The notes under the pieces are model-generated. The model did not search any database, had not been told where the DNA came from, and saw nothing but the letters and a program-made list of their open reading frames with translations. This document shows, piece after piece, positions 62,301 through 64,000 of a DNA stretch of 64,000 nucleotides. The translations under genes and the position numbers were made by a program. The stretch is taken from NCBI GenBank assembly GCA_934098505.1, contig CAKOOR010000002.1, forward strand, positions 83,279 to 147,278, read 5' to 3'. Every line of letters begins with the position of its first letter. Within the stretch, counting starts at the first letter, position 1. This stretch comes from an uncultured Bacilli bacterium (GTDB lineage Bacteria > Bacillota_I > Bacilli_A > RF39 > UBA660).

Positions 62301-62332
62301 ATGGAGTGGTGGGTGGGAAGTAATCAATAATT
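62301..62332 (+). repeat. G-rich dispersed repeat copy D upstream of metG T-box promoter
   Basis: ATGGAGTGGTGGGTGGGAAGTAATCAATAATT. TGcTATACT lies at 62375-62383. Confidence 0.7.
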
Positions 62333-62394
62333 CATATAGATAAATAAAAAATAAGTAACAAATAAAAGAAAATGTGCTATACTATGAGTAATTA

Positions 62395-62628
62395 ACAAGG
62401 AACAAATGGGTACCTAAGCGTCTTCGAAAAGAGAGCCTTTTAGTTGGTGAAAGATAGGCAAGATTAATAGGGAGTATGGATTTGGGAGTTAAATCGTTTA
62501 ATCGCGTTAAGATAAGAGTGTATGTTAAGTCATAAAATAAGGTGGTACCGCGGTAATTCGTCCTTATATTTATGGCTTTTTTATATTCTTAGGGATTAAA
62601 TGATAAAGGTAAGAAAGGTATGATAATT
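62395..62628 (+). promoter_or_regulatory. T-box riboswitch leader (Met-specific presumed) for metG
   Basis: The T-box sequence AAGGTGGTACCGCGG at 62540-62554, a GA/K-turn motif, and a T-run at 62576. Confidence 0.7.
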
Positions 62629-64000
62629 ATGGAAAAGAAGAGATTTTATATTAGTACAGCTATTGCTTATACTTCAGGTAAACCACATATTGGTAATACT
62701 TACGAGATTGTTTTAGCCGATGCGATAGCAAGATTTAAAAGATTAGAAGGATACGATGTTTATTTTCAAACAGGTACTGATGAACATGGGGAGAAAATAG
62801 AGTTAAAAGCCAAGGAAGCAGGTATTACTCCTCAAGAATTTGTAGATAATGTATCAGGAGAAATTAAAAATATTTGGGATACAATGAATACCAGTTATGA
62901 TAAGTTTGTAAGAACTACCGATAAACATCATGAAGAAGTAGTCCAAAGAATATTTAAGAAAATGTATGATAAAGGGGATATTTATAAGGGTGAATATAGT
63001 GGTCTATATTGTACACCTTGTGAATCTTTCTGGACGGAAAGTCAGTTAGTTGATGGTAAATGCCCTGATTGTGGTAGAGATGTTGAAGAGAAAAAAGAAG
63101 AAGCATACTTTTTTAAATTATCTAAATATCAAGATAAGTTAATTGAATATATTGAATCCCATCCAGATTTTATTCTTCCAGCTGCGCGTAAAAATGAAAT
63201 GATTAATAATTTTATTAAACCTGGTTTACAAGATTTATGTGTTTCGCGTTCAACTTTTAGCTGGGGAATTCCGGTAACTTTTGATCCTAAACATGTTGTT
63301 TATGTATGGCTTGATGCTTTAACTAACTATATTACTAATATTGGTTATGATATTGATGGTGGTAATGAAGATTTTAAGAAATGGTGGCCAGCTGACTTAC
63401 ATTTAATTGGTAAAGATATTATTAGATTTCATACTATTTATTGGCCTTGTTTCTTAATGAGTTTAGATTTACCATTACCAAAACGAGTATTTGGACACCC
63501 TTGGTTAATCATGGCTGATGGCAAGATGAGTAAGTCAAAAGGAAATGTTGTTTATGCTGATGATTTAGTTAAAAAATATGGTGTGGATGCAGTTAGATAT
63601 TATTTTTTACATGAAATACCTTTTAGTGCGGATGGGGTATATAGTGAAGATTTATTAGTCGAAAGAATTAATAGTGATTTAGTAAATATTTTAGGTAATT
63701 TAGTTAATCGTACTGTTAGTATGGCTTATAAATACTTTGATGGGGTTATAAGTAATCCTTGTGTTAGAGAAAGTATTGATGATGAACTAATTAATATGAG
63801 TGAAAATCTTTATAATAATGTTAAGATTAAAATGGATAGTTTACATATTGGGGAGGCTATTGATGAAATATTTAATGTTTTAAAAAGATGTAATAAATAT
63901 ATTGATGAGACAACTCCTTGGGTTTTAGCGAAAGATGAGGCAAAGAAAGATAGATTGGCGACAGTTTTATATAACTTGTTAGAAAGTATTAGAGTTTGTA
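62629..64000 (+). CDS. metG: methionine--tRNA ligase (partial, continues past window)
   Basis: MEKKRFYISTAIAYTSGKPHIGNTYE (HIGH motif) and the Zn knuckle CTPCE...CPDCG. Confidence 0.85.
   Translation, partial: MEKKRFYISTAIAYTSGKPHIGNTYEIVLADAIARFKRLEGYDVYFQTGTDEHGEKIELKAKEAGITPQEFVDNVSGEIKNIWDTMNTSYDKFVRTTDKHHEEVVQRIFKKMYDKGDIYKGEYSGLYCTPCESFWTESQLVDGKCPDCGRDVEEKKEEAYFFKLSKYQDKLIEYIESHPDFILPAARKNEMINNFIKPGLQDLCVSRSTFSWGIPVTFDPKHVVYVWLDALTNYITNIGYDIDGGNEDFKKWWPADLHLIGKDIIRFHTIYWPCFLMSLDLPLPKRVFGHPWLIMADGKMSKSKGNVVYADDLVKKYGVDAVRYYFLHEIPFSADGVYSEDLLVERINSDLVNILGNLVNRTVSMAYKYFDGVISNPCVRESIDDELINMSENLYNNVKIKMDSLHIGEAIDEIFNVLKRCNKYIDETTPWVLAKDEAKKDRLATVLYNLLESIRVC

Noticed and set aside
1-64000. 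CRISPR arrays, tRNA or rRNA genes
   Set aside because: No regularly spaced direct repeats with unique spacers. No tRNA T-arm/acceptor signatures. No rRNA-like GC-rich stretches were seen. The only tandem arrays are DnaA boxes and parS sites.

Overview
This window is the replication-origin region of a very AT-rich (about 27-30% GC) low-GC Gram-positive chromosome that uses the standard genetic code and forms endospores. The gene order is the classic Firmicutes arrangement. On the minus strand: rpmH, rnpA, yidC, jag, mnmE, mnmG, rsmG and noc. Then a dense DnaA-box cluster (oriC), and on the plus strand dnaA, dnaN, a comK-like gene, recF, gyrB and gyrA. Downstream lie a 7-site parS array, SRP RNA, tadA, dnaX, ybaB, recR, bofA, holB, yaaT, pth and mfd. 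An apparently acquired block of about 7.4 kb follows, then an AbrB/SpoVT-family gene, two unknown genes, and a T-box leader with metG. The left 24 kb carries sporulation genes (spoIID, spoIIQ, spoIIR), cell-wall genes (murA, a class A PBP, Alg13/Alg14-like glycosyltransferases), translation genes (rpmE, prfA, prmC, argS), rpoE, a Ca-type P-type ATPase, and competence-type pseudopilins with a ComEC-like MBL domain. The observations most worth a second look are:
- a clustered array of seven parS palindromes next to oriC;
- a Noc-type ParB homologue with a long disordered insertion and no soj/spo0J downstream;
- a 36-bp module (Noc-binding palindrome plus DnaA box) repeated in-frame inside dnaX, holB and pth;
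- a G-rich ~30-bp repeat present four times just upstream of promoters;
- spoIIR beginning with ATA;
- a consensus promoter driving a ~430-nt ORF-free leader;
- an Fe-ADH fusion / ALDH / Rpn island that interrupts mfd-spoVT synteny.
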